NCBI GenBank assembly: GCA_002269645.1
Contig: NIVC01001064.1
Location: 37,159-101,158 of the forward strand
DNA length: 64,000 nucleotides
Source of the DNA: Macrostomum lignano
Lineage: Eukaryota
Direction: 5' to 3'
Below the pieces are notes generated by a model that saw nothing but the letters and a program-made list of their open reading frames with translations, was not told where the DNA came from and searched no databases. The translations under genes were made by a program, and so were the position numbers. Below, in pieces: positions 12,418 through 25,558 of this stretch (its first letter is position 1; every line of letters starts with the position of its first letter).

Positions 12418-14221
12418 TGGGCCTATTAAGATTTAAAATTATCGTAATGATAATTTAATCAAGCTATATATAGTCTATATATTCAGCTGGCAACTCTCTT
12501 ATAGATCCTTTGCTTATTAGATTTTAGCAATGTCTATATTATAGACATTATAGTTGGCTTATTTTTTGCTAAAATTTAATGGCAAATAAGATTTATCAAT
12601 GAAAAAAGGAAGAAACTATAATCAGCAAAATAGATACATTATACAATATTACAAATATAAATAAAAAATTAACTGAGTCTCTAATCATATTCACTAGAGA
12701 TTACAGACAGTTATTGATTGATACAAATTTATTTGACTAAATAAAATTTAATTCTATAGATTTAGAATTCTAGGAATCCAGAATTCTATATTAATTCTAT
12801 GCCTCATGCCCTACAAAAAGTGACAACAGTATTAAAATTATAATATTTAGTATAGTTATAGTTATACTAATAAAGTTATGCTTATCTTTTTCTTCTATTT
12901 ACAGTATAAGAAACAACTACATTGTCATTAGGCCCTACTACAATATAATAAAAATGCAAAATGGTGAGTAATAATATTTAGGCTGTTAAATTTGACCAAA
13001 CAACTCCTCATATAATTGTGACGACACATGTTGCAAGGGCATAATTTATTTTATCCCAAAAATAACTTATACAAAAACTGTGATAGGGGTGACTTAACTT
13101 CAATTTGAATCTTACTATTCGAAATTCGAATTCGAATCAAGGAAAAATAGGCTTTTCACAAAGATTAGTTCTAAAACCAAAATAATTCCAATTTAAGAAC
13201 CAGAATTGGTAGGAAAATGAAAAGCTTTGAACCCATTATATGTTTGCCAGTCTTTATAATTTAGGCCTAATTTTGTCTTTTGTTGACTTTGTTTCTTCTT
13301 GAATAATGGATATGACAAAAAATGGAATATTTATATATCAATAATAAAAAAATTGACAATTTCAAATCTATTTTACTATTAAAGTGTAAACATGAAAATT
13401 GATCAAGAAATTTTCTCAATCCAAATTCTAGAACCAGAACATGGTTTGGGAACTGATTTTGAAAATGGAATAGACAATATGAAAAGCTTCAATTGAATGT
13501 GCAGGAGTCTTTTTTGACTTAGAGTTGAGCAGGAAGTATACAATCATGCATTAAACGAAAAAAGCTGCTTAGAGGAAGCACAATATAGTATCTGTGACAC
13601 ATATCCTTGTTGCTGAGATGGGCATAAAGGTGTAGAAATTAATTTCTGTTCAAAAGGATCATTATAAAATTTGTAAAAATCCCTTTAAACTTAAAGCAGA
13701 GTTGAAACAATGCAAAATTTTTTGTTGCTAAACTGTAGTTTTTTTTACAGTTTTTCTTTAATTTGTAGTAGGGCATTATTTTAGGGATGGAAATAGACGC
13801 GGGACAAATAACAAACTACAGAGCAGTTGGGCTCTTGGGAAAGCATCCTGCGGAGATTCCATTTGTGATCTTGCATATGCGAAATTTCTAAAAACTCAAG
13901 GAATTGGTAAGAAAACTAAAGAGCGAAGAAAAGGGGAAATATAATTTAGGAAACGCACAGAGGAGTCTTGCCTCTAAAACTAATTGGGAGTCTTGCCCAG
14001 AGCACATAGGGAGAATAAGGGATTAATGTACCAAACCAACTTTTGTACAAGTAACATATTCTTTTCTTTATTAAACTTGTGTTAACTAAACTTATTGGTA
14101 TCCTGACTTGATTCTTTAATATCTAACACTAGAATTAGGGAACTCACGGACCTGGTGGCAGCGAATCTACCAATCTCATTTTATCTCAACCAGTATAACC
14201 AGGAATTCCACCAGAAAATCC

Positions 14222-14600
14222 GGGTCTCCCTAAAACACGCCCCGCACCGCCCTGCAGCGCTACACATTAAAACAAATTGGACTATAACTGAAGACACTTC
14301 AAAATGCGTTTTCTGTTAAGCTTCAAAGTTTTTATTAAATTAAGTTTTTTTACTATGAAATATAAAATTCGGTGAATAATAAGTGATATTAATAATAGTA
14401 TTAATAAAAAATTAATAACATAATTTAATAATGAAACGAGAATATAAAAAATAATAATAATATTTATAATAATAATTAAAGATATTTAATCAATTACTCG
14501 TACAACAAATAGTTTTCTTTGCAATCAGATACTGCATTGACAAAAAATGTTATAATGTGTAGCGGTTCGGGGCGGTGCGGTGCGTGTTTTAGGGAGACCC
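14222..14600. mobile_element. MITE (379 bp) with ~48-bp TIRs and 9-bp TSD (Mutator- or Merlin-type)
   Basis: TIR GGGTCTCCCTAAAACACGC...GCTACACATTA at both ends; TSD AGAAAATCC at 14213-14221 and 14601-14609; AT-rich non-coding interior. Confidence 0.88.
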
Positions 14601-15152
14601 AGAAAATCCTCAGCACAGAAACCAGTAGCTTAGCCGCGAGGTTACACGCCCATTCCAAATTCGACCATAAAAATTAAAAACTTTTACATATAAAGAAAGC
14701 TCACAAATGCGTAAAAAGATGGTTAAAGTACAGTCTGCATTGAGCATCTTTGTTAGACAGAACACCCGTTTATTTGAATTGTCTGTCCCTGAATATCTGT
14801 CGGGAAATCACTACATAAGCAGCTGCGTATCTAGTCTTTCGCGAAATTTCTTTTCGTTTCTGATTGGCTGTAAACGCGTGAATAACGAACCCTAACGAAT
14901 GGAGTGCTTAGTGCCTACCCTGTCGGAGAAATCCACGATTGGTTAGGATTTTCTAAGCTGCGTCTTTCACCCTGCCTCCCCCCGCGCGGTCAAGTCTATA
15001 AATTCAAGCAAGCTGGCAAGCAAATATATCAAGTTTCTTTGACTAACGAAGTCTTCTATAGTTGGCGGGAATTCAAACTCCGGAATACGCGGCTACAAAA
15101 AGCCTACTTGAATAATCCCACCACTGCTACCAAGCTGTTACTATAGGAGTAC

Positions 15153-16245
15153 ACAAGCTGTTGAAACCCGCGGATTTTGAACCCGGGGAATTCCAATCCC
15201 CGGAATTATTTTTGCATGTATTCTAAAATCTGAGGTCAAACTCAAATAAAAACTTGTTAATAGTTAGGAAAGAGTTAAACATAAAAAAGTGTACATTCAT
15301 GTAAAATTAGGATTTGAGGCAAACATTGATATTGTTGGCTGGGGTGCTGCGCAGAATGTTAGGTAAACTCAGGCCTCTACCTCTGCCTCTCCCTATGTCC
15401 TTTGCATCCTTTGAAACCTCCATCTTCTTTTCTGTTTCCTATCTTCTGTCTCGTCTCTTCTCTCTCTGTCTCCTGTTATCTTTTCTTTCTTCTCTCCTCT
15501 GTCCTCTCTCCTCTCTCGTCTCTTCTCTCATCTCTTCCCTCTCCCCTCTATTCTTTTCTCTCTCCTCTCCTCTCTTCTCTCTGGTCTCTGGTCTCTCATA
15601 TCTCCTTTTTCCTCTTTTATCTCTTCTCATTTCTCTCTGCTCTCTACTCTCTCTTCCCTCTACTCTCTACTCTCTCTTCCCTCACCTCTCTTCTCACTCC
15701 TTACTCTACCCTCTCTCAACACTTTCCTTATCTCTACTCTCTCCTTTTTCCTCTCTTCTCTCAACTCTCTCCTCTCATGTCTTCTATCGTCTCTTCCCTC
15801 ACCTCCTCTCTCGTCTTTGCTCTCTTATCTCTCATTTCTCTTCTTTTATCTTCTCTCTCTTATCTTTTCTCATTTCTCTGCTCTCTCTCCTCTCCCCCCT
15901 CTCTCTCTCATCTCTCATCTCTCTGCTCTCTCCTGTCCTATCTCTCTTCTCTCTAATCTCTTCCCTCTTTCCTCTCCTCTCTCGTCCTTTTCACCAATTT
16001 CCCCTGTCCTCTCGATTCTCTCCCTTCCCCTCCTCTCTCCTCACTCACTTCTTATCTCTCCCTTGTCTCCACCTCTCATCTTTTATTTCTTATAGTTCTC
16101 CTTTTTTCTCTCTACTCTCCCATCTCTCGTCTGTTCACTCTCGTTTCTGATCTCTCATCTCCCCTCTCTCATCTTTCATCTTTACTCTCAAATGTTCTCT
16201 CACCTCTCTCCCCTTTTACTCCTCTCTTTCCCCTTTTTTGACTCA
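15153..16245 (+). repeat. Dispersed repeat copy 2: head plus CT-rich low-complexity tract
   Basis: Homologous to 5997-6290, followed by about 800 bp of pyrimidine-rich sequence. Confidence 0.7.
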
Positions 16246-16639
16246 GGAGGACTCGATCCTCGATCCAGGAACCCCTTTTCCACCTGGTGGCTCGTCCAGT
16301 CTTTAAAAGATTCTGTGCTCGCCCCGCCTTGGCCAGACGATCGTCACGTAGAATCCCCATCCCGCCTTATTGTGTGGATCGAACAATTGCATGAACCTGC
16401 ACTTGTCTTAATTTCCAATACCCGAGGTCCCGTACCTGTAAGCCCAATTTACCAAAATCCCGACCAGAATTCTTTCCCTGACCAATAGCCAGTTGCGTTT
16501 AATTATTTGGTTCTGCATTGATATTTTAACACTTCTAATAAGTTTATCCGTAACAGCCAACATCTTTCCTGGCCGCAGCAATTTTCGACGTCGGCGACGT
16601 TGGCCTACCTTCCTGACGTCTATCTCAACCTCTATGCTT

Positions 16640-17162
16640 GCACCGTTCCTGTTCGTCCTGGCGCTTGACTGGGTGCTGTGGACTGCTCTCCCTTCTAACG
16701 ACGACCGCGTCGAGGGCGCCCAGCGCCATGCAGCTGGACCGGCTGGTGAGCGTTGCGGCGAGCGTCGACCTGGTGGTCAACACGCAGAAGACCGTCGTGC
16801 TCTGCGTGTCAGACGACATCGAGGCTGCTATTTTCTGCCGAGGCGTCAGCATGCAGTTCGTCTACCTTGGCGATCTGGTGCCTGACGTTCGCTAGGACCT
16901 GCGATGTTGCTGTGGACTTGGCTGAGCTGCTTTCTGCTCTATGAGAGCTGTCCTGCAGTCCGAGGCCCTGCTTGACCGCCAGAGGGCGGCGTTGTTCCAG
17001 GCAGTGGTCGAGACCGTCCTGTTGGTTCAACACCGACGAGACCTGGACGCTGACGGATTCGTTCGAACAGCAGGTCGATGCGACGCACGCTGGCCTGCTG
17101 TGCGCTGCCTTCAAGATTGGCTACAAGCGAGTCACCAACGCGGCAGTTTATCGCCGCACCGG
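16640..17162 (+). pseudogene. Degraded RTE-like RT fragment, relative of the LINE at 18021-20761
   Basis: Aligns by eye to about 19840-20470 (APFLFVLALDWVL, VVNTQKTVVL, QFVYLG) with deletions and frameshifts. Confidence 0.8.
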
Positions 17163-17444
17163 GCCTTTTAAATTTTCCCTAGTTAAATAATTTTGAGCGA
17201 GGTGTCGAACGGCTACACTGCAGAACTGCAGAATTTTAGTATAGTGGATGTGATGTGCCTATCCATATATACGAAAAATGGTCTGTCGGTAAGTATGTGG
17301 GTATGTGATCGATTTTAGTGCCTATCCGAGCTATAGCAATTGCATATGAATAGACCAAATATGCGTACTTTCACTACAACAGCAACAGTTCATTTATCTG
17401 TTAAGTACGCCCTACTGTTTACACTGAGCAGATAATGCAAAATC

Positions 17445-17820
17445 TTTAAATATCTTCAAACTTAGTAGTCTAGTGCACTAAAAGTAGTAAGATAGAAATA
17501 CGCAAAATAAAAAGTAGAATTATTCATCAAGTAAACAGTATGAAACAAATCTAATTTCGGTTATGCATGCAACATCTAATCAGTGAATGCTAGAATGCCT
17601 GCTGGTTCTCAACATCTATTTTAGAATTATATAAAGGTAAACATTAAACTGACATTGACTCTAAATTTCCAGAAGTTTTCCTAATTTCCTTTTACAAAAC
17701 CCCACCGGTCAAGTGTTAAGGTTAAAACCATGATCAAAAGAAACCAGTAGGACCTAAGGTCAAGCCTAAATTTTTTATAAATACAATATAATCCGAGCTA
17801 ACATATCAGACTGTGATCAG
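17445..17820 (+). mobile_element. Truncated, diverged relative of the LTR family at 26583 and 61089
   Basis: Shares ACTAAAAGTAGTAAGATA, GGTTCTCAACATCTATTTTAGAA and ATAAATACA...AATCCGAGCTAA..ATCAGACT blocks with those LTRs; boundaries approximate. Confidence 0.5.
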
Positions 17821-18020
17821 TCCCTTAAAGAAGACATTACAATACATCGCTGAATAACGATATCATATGTTGCCTAAAAGTTGGTGTAATGTAAAAGTAC
17901 ATATTTGTCAACTACTGTTATCTATATATATGCGGGTGCACGTCAAAACGGCCACACGTAAAACGGCCTCACGACGTCTAATACGTCTAATATGCGTCTA
18001 ATACGAGCGTACGTCTGTTT

Positions 18021-19365
18021 CGTTTGGCGCCACCTCACCGAAAAGCACGCGGTTCATCACTCTGGCGACCTCAGTGGCCACGCAGTGGATCCGCAGCGCC
18101 TCGGTGGGCACCTCGTCCGGACCAAGCGCTTTGCCGCCCGGCGTCTGCCGAGCGAACTTCACAACGTCGGCTGTGCTGACTGGGGCAACATTGAAGCTCT
18201 CCTCCGCCGGCAACGGCGTCTCCGGCGGCAGCCTCAGATTTTCTGGAAGCGGAGGGGGCGGCGCGTTGACAATGGCGGCGAAGAACTCGCGCAGCTCGTT
18301 CCTGCGCTCATCCGGAGTGTCGCCTGCCAGGTTGAGCGCAATGCGCCGCTTTCGCCCCGTCAGAGTGTTGATGGCGGACCAGGCCACGCGCCCTCTGGCA
18401 TCGGGCCCTGCGGCAGAGACGGCTTGGATGGCGTCATCGACAGCGGACTGCTGCCGCTGCAGGTAGACAGCCGCCAGAGCCTCCTCCGCCTCGCGAGTTG
18501 GCCGCCCACTCAGACGAAGCCTCTCCAGATCTTCCCTCGCTTCGTCGATCGCGGGGTCGTCCTGCCAGACCGGCTGCCCGCGCTGGGCCGGTCGCATCAG
18601 CGGGACTGCTTGCTCCGCAGCGGCTCGAACTGCAGCGCTCACCTCCGCGTACTCGGCTCCTCCACGCTTGTCGCCCAGCGCAGTGACAAAGGCACCGGCA
18701 AAGCGACGTCGCGTCTCGGCGTCTCTGAGCGCGCGGTAGTAGCGCCGCGGTGGCCGCTTTGGCGGACGGTAGAGCGGGTCCCGAAGCCGAAGGTCGCAGA
18801 TGAGCAGCCGATGGTCGGACCGCAGAGCCAGCGGCGTAATGGTGTGGCAGTTGGTGGCGCGGCGGCGCTCACGAAAGCGCACAAGCACGTGGTCGAGCTG
18901 TGCCAGCCTCCGCGTAGCGTTCCGGCCACGCGCGTTCCGCCGCCTCCGCTTGCAGCCCACGAAGGTCGCGAGCCTGCCCGGCGACTTGCGGAATCTGGTG
19001 TTGGCCGACACCATGTCCTGTCTCTCCAGGAAGTCCTCTAGCGCTCCGGTGTTGCCGTTCTCGCGCGCTGTCACAAACAGCGATCGCTCGGACCTACGCA
19101 GAACTGCGTTCAGGTCTCCGAGAATGACCACTGTGTCACGTTGCGCCATCTCCTCCACCCGCACCGAGAGTTGCTCGAAGAAGGCCTGAGCCTCATCGGA
19201 GCGGGTAGCAGGCGGCGCATACGCGCAGAACAGGCGGGTGTTCCGGCCGCGAAGCCGGACGTCGACCCGAAGCAGCCGAGAAGACAGGGAGATGCAGCGA
19301 CAGCTCTGCTGCAGCCTCGGTCCGATCAGCGCTCCAACTCCTCCACGGCCTCGCTCATCCGCTGA
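18021..19365 (-). CDS. Inverted 5' segment of the LINE ORF: AP endonuclease (N-terminally truncated) plus linker
   Basis: APE motifs GVGALI, CAYAP, VILGDLNA, QLDHVLV, SDHRLL; linker ends KALGPDEVP...VLFGEVAPNE; no stops. Confidence 0.9.
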
Positions 19366-20719
19366 GGCGCCAAACGAATGGACCACGGCGCACATCGTCG
19401 CCATTCCAAAGAAGCCGGGCACCACCAAGCTCGAGGAGCATCGAGGCATCTGCCTACAGTCCTGCGCCGCGAAGCTGTTCAACCGCATGCTGCTATCGCG
19501 GTTACAGCCTGTGCTGGACCCGTACCTGCGTCCTGAGCAGAACGGATTCCGGCCCCATCGCGGCACAGTGACGCAGATCCTGGCTCTTCGACGAGTCATC
19601 GAGGAGGCGCGCATCCGCCAGTTGACCCTGATCCTGATCTTCGTCGATTTCAGGAAGGCTTTCGACTCGGTCGTGAGGGACGCGCTCCCAGAGGTGCTCC
19701 GTGCGTACAACGTGCCAGAGCTGCTGATTTCTGCTGTCATGGCGCTGTACCACGGCACGACGGCTGCTGTCTCAACACCGGACGGCCTATCGGATTTCTT
19801 CGAGACATCCTCCGGGGTGCTCCAGGGAGATACGCTAGCGCCGTTCCTATTTATTCTGGTGCTTGACTGGGTGCTACGGACTGCTCTGCCTTCCAACGAC
19901 GACGGCTTCCTGCTGCGGCGACGCGTGGGTCGACGCCAACCGGAGAGACGGCTCAGCGTGCTTGGCTACGCCGATGACCTCGCCCTGCTGTCCTCGACCG
20001 TCGAGGGCGCCCAACGACAGCTGGATAGGCTGGTTGCCGTTGCGGCGAGCGTCGGCCTGGTGGTCAACACGCAGAAGACCGTCGTGCTATGCGTGCCGGA
20101 CGACACCGAGGCTGCAATCTTCTGCCGAGGCGCTGACGGACAGGCGAGTGAGCTTCCAAGATGTCAGCAGTTCGTCTACCTCGGCGGTCTGGTTCCCGAC
20201 GTCCGCGAGGATCTGCGGCGTCGCCGAGGACTTGCTTGGGCTGCCTTTCGTTCTATAAGGTCAGTCCTGCAGTCCGAGGCCCTACCGGACCGCCAGAGGG
20301 CGGCGCTGTTCCAGGCGGTGATCGAGACCGTCCTGTTATACAACGCCGAGACCTGGACGCTGACAGACTCGCTCGAGGCTCAAGTCGACGCGGCGCACGC
20401 TGGCCTGCTGCGCGCCGCCTTCAAGATCGGCAACGAGCGAGTCACCAACACGGCGCTCTATCATCGCGCCGGCCTGGCCCGTCCTAGCGATCTGCTGCGC
20501 CGTCGGCGACTCCAGCTGGCAGGCCACGTCATCCGCGCCGAGGCCTACTGTCCGGAGCCGGTGCAGGAGGTGCTGCTACTTACGTTGCAGGCACCCTACC
20601 GGCGGGGACAGGCGAGGACTCGGCGCTACGTCGACTGTCTGCTGGCTGACGCCGGCGCCCCGGACTCTGCCGGCGGTGCGGCTTTTGTTCGCGCCCAAGC
20701 TTTGAAGCGCGCCATCTGA
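19366..20719 (+). CDS. Sense 3' segment of the LINE ORF: reverse transcriptase
   Basis: Starts APNEWTTAHIVAIPKK; RT motifs QNGFRP, FVDFRKAFDSV, GVLQGDTLAPFLF, YADD, FVYLG; open to TGA at 20717-20719. Confidence 0.93.
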
Positions 20720-21234
20720 CGCTGCTTTTGTGAACTGGCAGCGTACTCTGTTGTTGTTGTTGTACGTCTGTTTGATCGGCGAGAGCAGATGCAGATTTGA
20801 GAGACCGATTTCCGTTGATATTTTAATCCCATTTTTTAATGAAAATATTTGAATCGGTTCTAACTCTCTTCGATTTTCATTGATTTTTTATAACAATTTC
20901 CTAGAATAATATAGACAGCACAGATTCTTCGCTTTAGCTGGTGTCAGAAATCTGCACGCACTGTTCTGTGAGCATGTTCTGTGTTTGAGTTCAGGGCTCG
21001 AGAAATAAATTAGACTTCGACTATAAAATTGCCTTGCTCTGTAAACTGAACTACTCTCGTATCCGACCACCATCAGAGAGAGAGAACTAATCGAGACTCC
21101 TGACGCCAAGAAAGTGAACTCCTGCTAGTGAAACTTTGAGACTGTTCTCCGACCCATCGGTTTGAAACTGGGATTTCTGTGCGCTCAGACACTGTCGTTA
21201 TATTGAACTCCCCAGTGTTATTCACTTATAGCGT

Positions 21235-22276
<1,042 letters not shown>

Positions 22277-23246
22277 GTTTCGATAGCGAATTTTTCAGCT
22301 GCTAGCACTTTCTGCACTGGAAATCGAGTCCCAAAATCCTCAGGTAACGATAGCAATTAGAGTGTTTAATATTCGAGTGAATTAGAGTTGAATAGCGGAG
22401 GTCGGAGGACAGTCTCAGCATTCTCATCGCAGATGACTGGAACAGAAACCATTTTAAACTATGTAATTATATAATTATGTTATACTCTTGACTACCGTTT
22501 CGGACTTTAATTTTTTTAAATGCGTAATTAACAAACAGACTTTAATTGAAATTGATTAGAATAACCATGACATCTTTGAAAATAAAAGCGAGAAGGTTGT
22601 ATAGCAGCCGTATAGAATTGAGTGCGCTTGATAGGGAAGAAAACCCACGTATCATCTGCCACGTATCGATCGAAATAGGGTGGGTGAAGGTAGGATCACT
22701 TTTACGATGCTTTTTTGTGCAAAATCTTGCCTGGACTGGACCTGAGATTTGCAGCCTCATTTCTGTATGGTCTGCGTGTGCACTAGCGGCCTTGCCGAGT
22801 TAAGGCTGAGGTACGCAAGGTGAGGGTTGACTCGAGAGAAAATTTTCCTGAGCACTCTGTCCCCACGACTCTCTTCCGCGTACACCGGCCGAGTCGTGCC
22901 AAGACGTGCTCAAAAGCCTTACTCTCACTCCTACTCCAATGTACACCTATCTGCAAGTGAAGGACTCCGACTTTAGGCCTTGAGTTCTGATATTTCGCAC
23001 ATCCCGTTTCCTCTCTAAGTACATCTAGTCGAGCCTATAGTAATCGGTCAGTATATAGTAGTTTCGCTCTGTTTTCCTGATGCACTCTTGCACCACCAGT
23101 GCTTGAAGTGATTATTTCGTTAACTTTGGTTTCAAGTCTACAGATTCGGGTCCTGGTTCTGGTTCTAGTCCTAATCCGAGTGAATCTTGAGAAAAGCGTA
23201 TGGGGCAGTTTAATAATTCAATTGTAGGTCTCAAAAGCACATCACA

Positions 23247-24431
23247 TCAGCCCACGTTAGCAGCCCTGACTCGCAGCCGCATCTGCGGGTCGATGTACAC
23301 CTCGTCCAGCTGCCTGGATAGCGTGTTGTGCTCGCACATCCACTCGCCCTGACTCCTCTCGTAGCGCAGCCTGCGGGCCGCCAGAGCCGACATCCGGTAG
23401 AACGACACGCCCTGGAAGCAGCTCTCCACCTTCACCGGCGGCAGGCTGCGCGGCGCGTCCCGAAGCGACTTCTCGTAGCTGACCACAGGGTACTTGGTGT
23501 CCTCGCCGAAGCGCTTGTTCAGGTGGAAGCTCAGCGTGCACGCGTCGTAGAGGTGGCTGTCCTGAGTAGTGTGGGCGCACAGCTGCTGCAGCTTGGGCTT
23601 GGCCGCAAAGTAGTAGAGTCCCTGGGCGATTCTGTCTAGATCCCAGTCCTGCCAGGTGATGTCCGGGTCGATGATCAGCAGGAGCGATACCCGGTCGGCC
23701 AGGTGCTCGTAGATGTAGTCCAGGTACAGGTTGCGGAGGGCGGACATGGCCAGGCCGCGCTCGACCTCCTCGGTAAAGTTCCGCTTTATGTAGGAGCCGG
23801 GCACGTGCCGTCGCCCGCTGCTGTAGCGGATGTCGATGCGGCACGGCAGCGGGGAGTTGACCCGGCCGCAGCCCAGCAGCCGCACATTCGGGTCGGTCAG
23901 CGTCGTGTTGTACAGAAAGCTTCGAGTCGAGTCCGTCGAGTCGTTCTCAACCAACACCAGCCAGGACTCGTTGAACAGAGCTCTGAGGCGCTGGACATTG
24001 TGCATGGAGCTCGGCAGGCCGGCCATGCCGTTGCGCACGGTGGCTGCCACCATCACCGACTGGCTGCGGAGCCACGCCCTGCCGGCCACCACCCGGTGCG
24101 AGCGGCTCCTCTCGGCTTCGGAGAGCCGCATGAGCGGCAGCAGCCGGCCCGGTCGGTCGAAGCGGTACAGCGACTCACGCATGCGGCGGACGAGACGCCC
24201 GTATTGCTCTTGAAAGGCCCTATCGCTCTGGTTTATGCCAAAGTCAGTGCCGGCAGAGAGTGGCGCGTGAGGCGCTTTGAAACCTTTAAAACTGAAGGCT
24301 GCTGACTGAACACAGATTAGCAGTAAGACGAATGCGACACCAGCTGCCGCACTAACTGTTAGGAACAGGTAGAAGATTTTCGATCGAGGACCAACGCTCC
24401 TGCAGTTTTTCAATGAAAATCCGCAGTTCAT
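23247..24431 (-). CDS. Intronless type II membrane glycosyltransferase, GT-A fold (CAP59/CMT1-like or GT2-like), 394 aa
   Basis: ATG at 24431; N-terminal hydrophobic helix IFYLFLTVSAAAGVAFVLLLICV; VMVAATVRN, VLVENDSTDST, DxD motif (IIDPD), VESCFQGVSFYR and CEH C-terminal motifs; GC-rich coding bias. Confidence 0.72.
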   Translation of the reverse strand: MNCGFSLKNCRSVGPRSKIFYLFLTVSAAAGVAFVLLLICVQSAAFSFKGFKAPHAPLSAGTDFGINQSDRAFQEQYGRLVRRMRESLYRFDRPGRLLPLMRLSEAERSRSHRVVAGRAWLRSQSVMVAATVRNGMAGLPSSMHNVQRLRALFNESWLVLVENDSTDSTRSFLYNTTLTDPNVRLLGCGRVNSPLPCRIDIRYSSGRRHVPGSYIKRNFTEEVERGLAMSALRNLYLDYIYEHLADRVSLLLIIDPDITWQDWDLDRIAQGLYYFAAKPKLQQLCAHTTQDSHLYDACTLSFHLNKRFGEDTKYPVVSYEKSLRDAPRSLPPVKVESCFQGVSFYRMSALAARRLRYERSQGEWMCEHNTLSRQLDEVYIDPQMRLRVRAANVG

Positions 24432-24744
24432 TTTTATGGCCGAACGGCTTTTTGCTGAAAACTTTCGATATTGTCTTTCTCTGGATAGAAATTTCAATAA
24501 AGTTGATAGTGAAGCGAGCACATCACACTGTCGGACTCCAGTGTCTTTCAACACTCGTTTTTTCTCTCAACAGATGGAATGATTCCAAATTTAGAAACAA
24601 ATTTTCTTGCCCCTCCGCCAATGGGATTTCGTGCAGCCAGTTCAAAGTGCAGCGGGGAGGGGTTGCTGCTGTGCGAGCATGAGCACCTGCATCCTCCTCG
24701 AAAAAGCGGAGGACAGTATAAGCAGGACAGTTTGCTGTCCTCAG

Positions 24745-25030
24745 ACCACTGTCTTTGAGTTGCAGTCCTCGAGTCGCAGTCCTCGAGTCGCTGTCTTTGA
24801 GTTGCAGTCCTCGAGTCGCAGACCTCGAGTCGCAGTCCTCGAGTCGCTGTCTTTGAGTTGCAGTCCTTGAGTCGCAGTCCTCGAGTCGCTGTCTTCGAGT
24901 CGCTGTGCTCGAGTCACCGTGCTCGAGTCGCTGTCCTCAAGTCGCTGTGTTTGAGTTGCTGTCCTTGAGTCGCTGTGCTGGAGTCGCTGTGCTTGAGTCG
25001 TTGTCCTCAGGTCGCTGTATTCGAATCACT
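24745..25030. repeat. Minisatellite of ~14-16-bp CTCGAGTCGC(T/A)GT(C/G) units
   Basis: GAGTCGC repeated about 15 times, upstream of the glycosyltransferase start. Confidence 0.8.
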
Positions 25031-25558
25031 GACTTTATGTCGCCGTCGTCATGCCGCTGTCGCTGTGCAAAAAACAGATAAAAAAGCCACTTTGAACAAT
25101 TAGCCTAAAGTGTCATAAAGGACAAAGGAAAATTACAGACAGCAAAGCCCCTGAGCTCGCCAAAAGAAACCAAAATCAAAATAATACGAAACCTTTTTAT
25201 TTAGTGAAGCATAAATCTCTGTCTTTGCTTTTCTGTCCGTCAGTACGCATGCTCAAATATACAAACATATACGCATGCTCAGTACGCATGCTCAGATGCA
25301 TCCTTGAACTCTGCTGAAATTACTCTAGGTAGGGCTTCCACAGGCAGGCTGCTTGTAGAACACTGCTTGTAATAAGTACTCAAAATAATTTAAAGGGTTG
25401 TAGAGACATATGCGTGAAGGTATTAGCTTTCCCAAAAAATTAAACCGAAGTAACGACCTAATAGAGTAATATAGAAGGACTGTCCTACGTGTTTTGCTTG
25501 GCACACATGGCGAAGTTGTTCGAATATCCTGTGTCTGTCTGGCCTCACAAGAAAGCCT

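Larger units (their letters stand above)
18021..20761 (+). mobile_element. RTE-like non-LTR retrotransposon with 5' inversion (twin-priming structure)
   Basis: 12-bp TSD GTACGTCTGTTT at 18009-18020 and 20762-20773; (TTG)n 3' tail at 20748-20761; endonuclease part on minus strand, RT part on plus strand. Confidence 0.93.

Noticed and set aside
17992-19896. 349-aa plus ORF, and the first part of the 632-aa minus ORF (19366-19896)
   Set aside because: Antisense shadows of the LINE halves; the 632-aa ORF reads across the inversion junction and only 18021-19365 is real coding sequence.
23257-24305. Overlapping ORFs around the glycosyltransferase
   Set aside because: Alternative-frame and antisense shadows of a GC-rich gene with no recognisable motifs.
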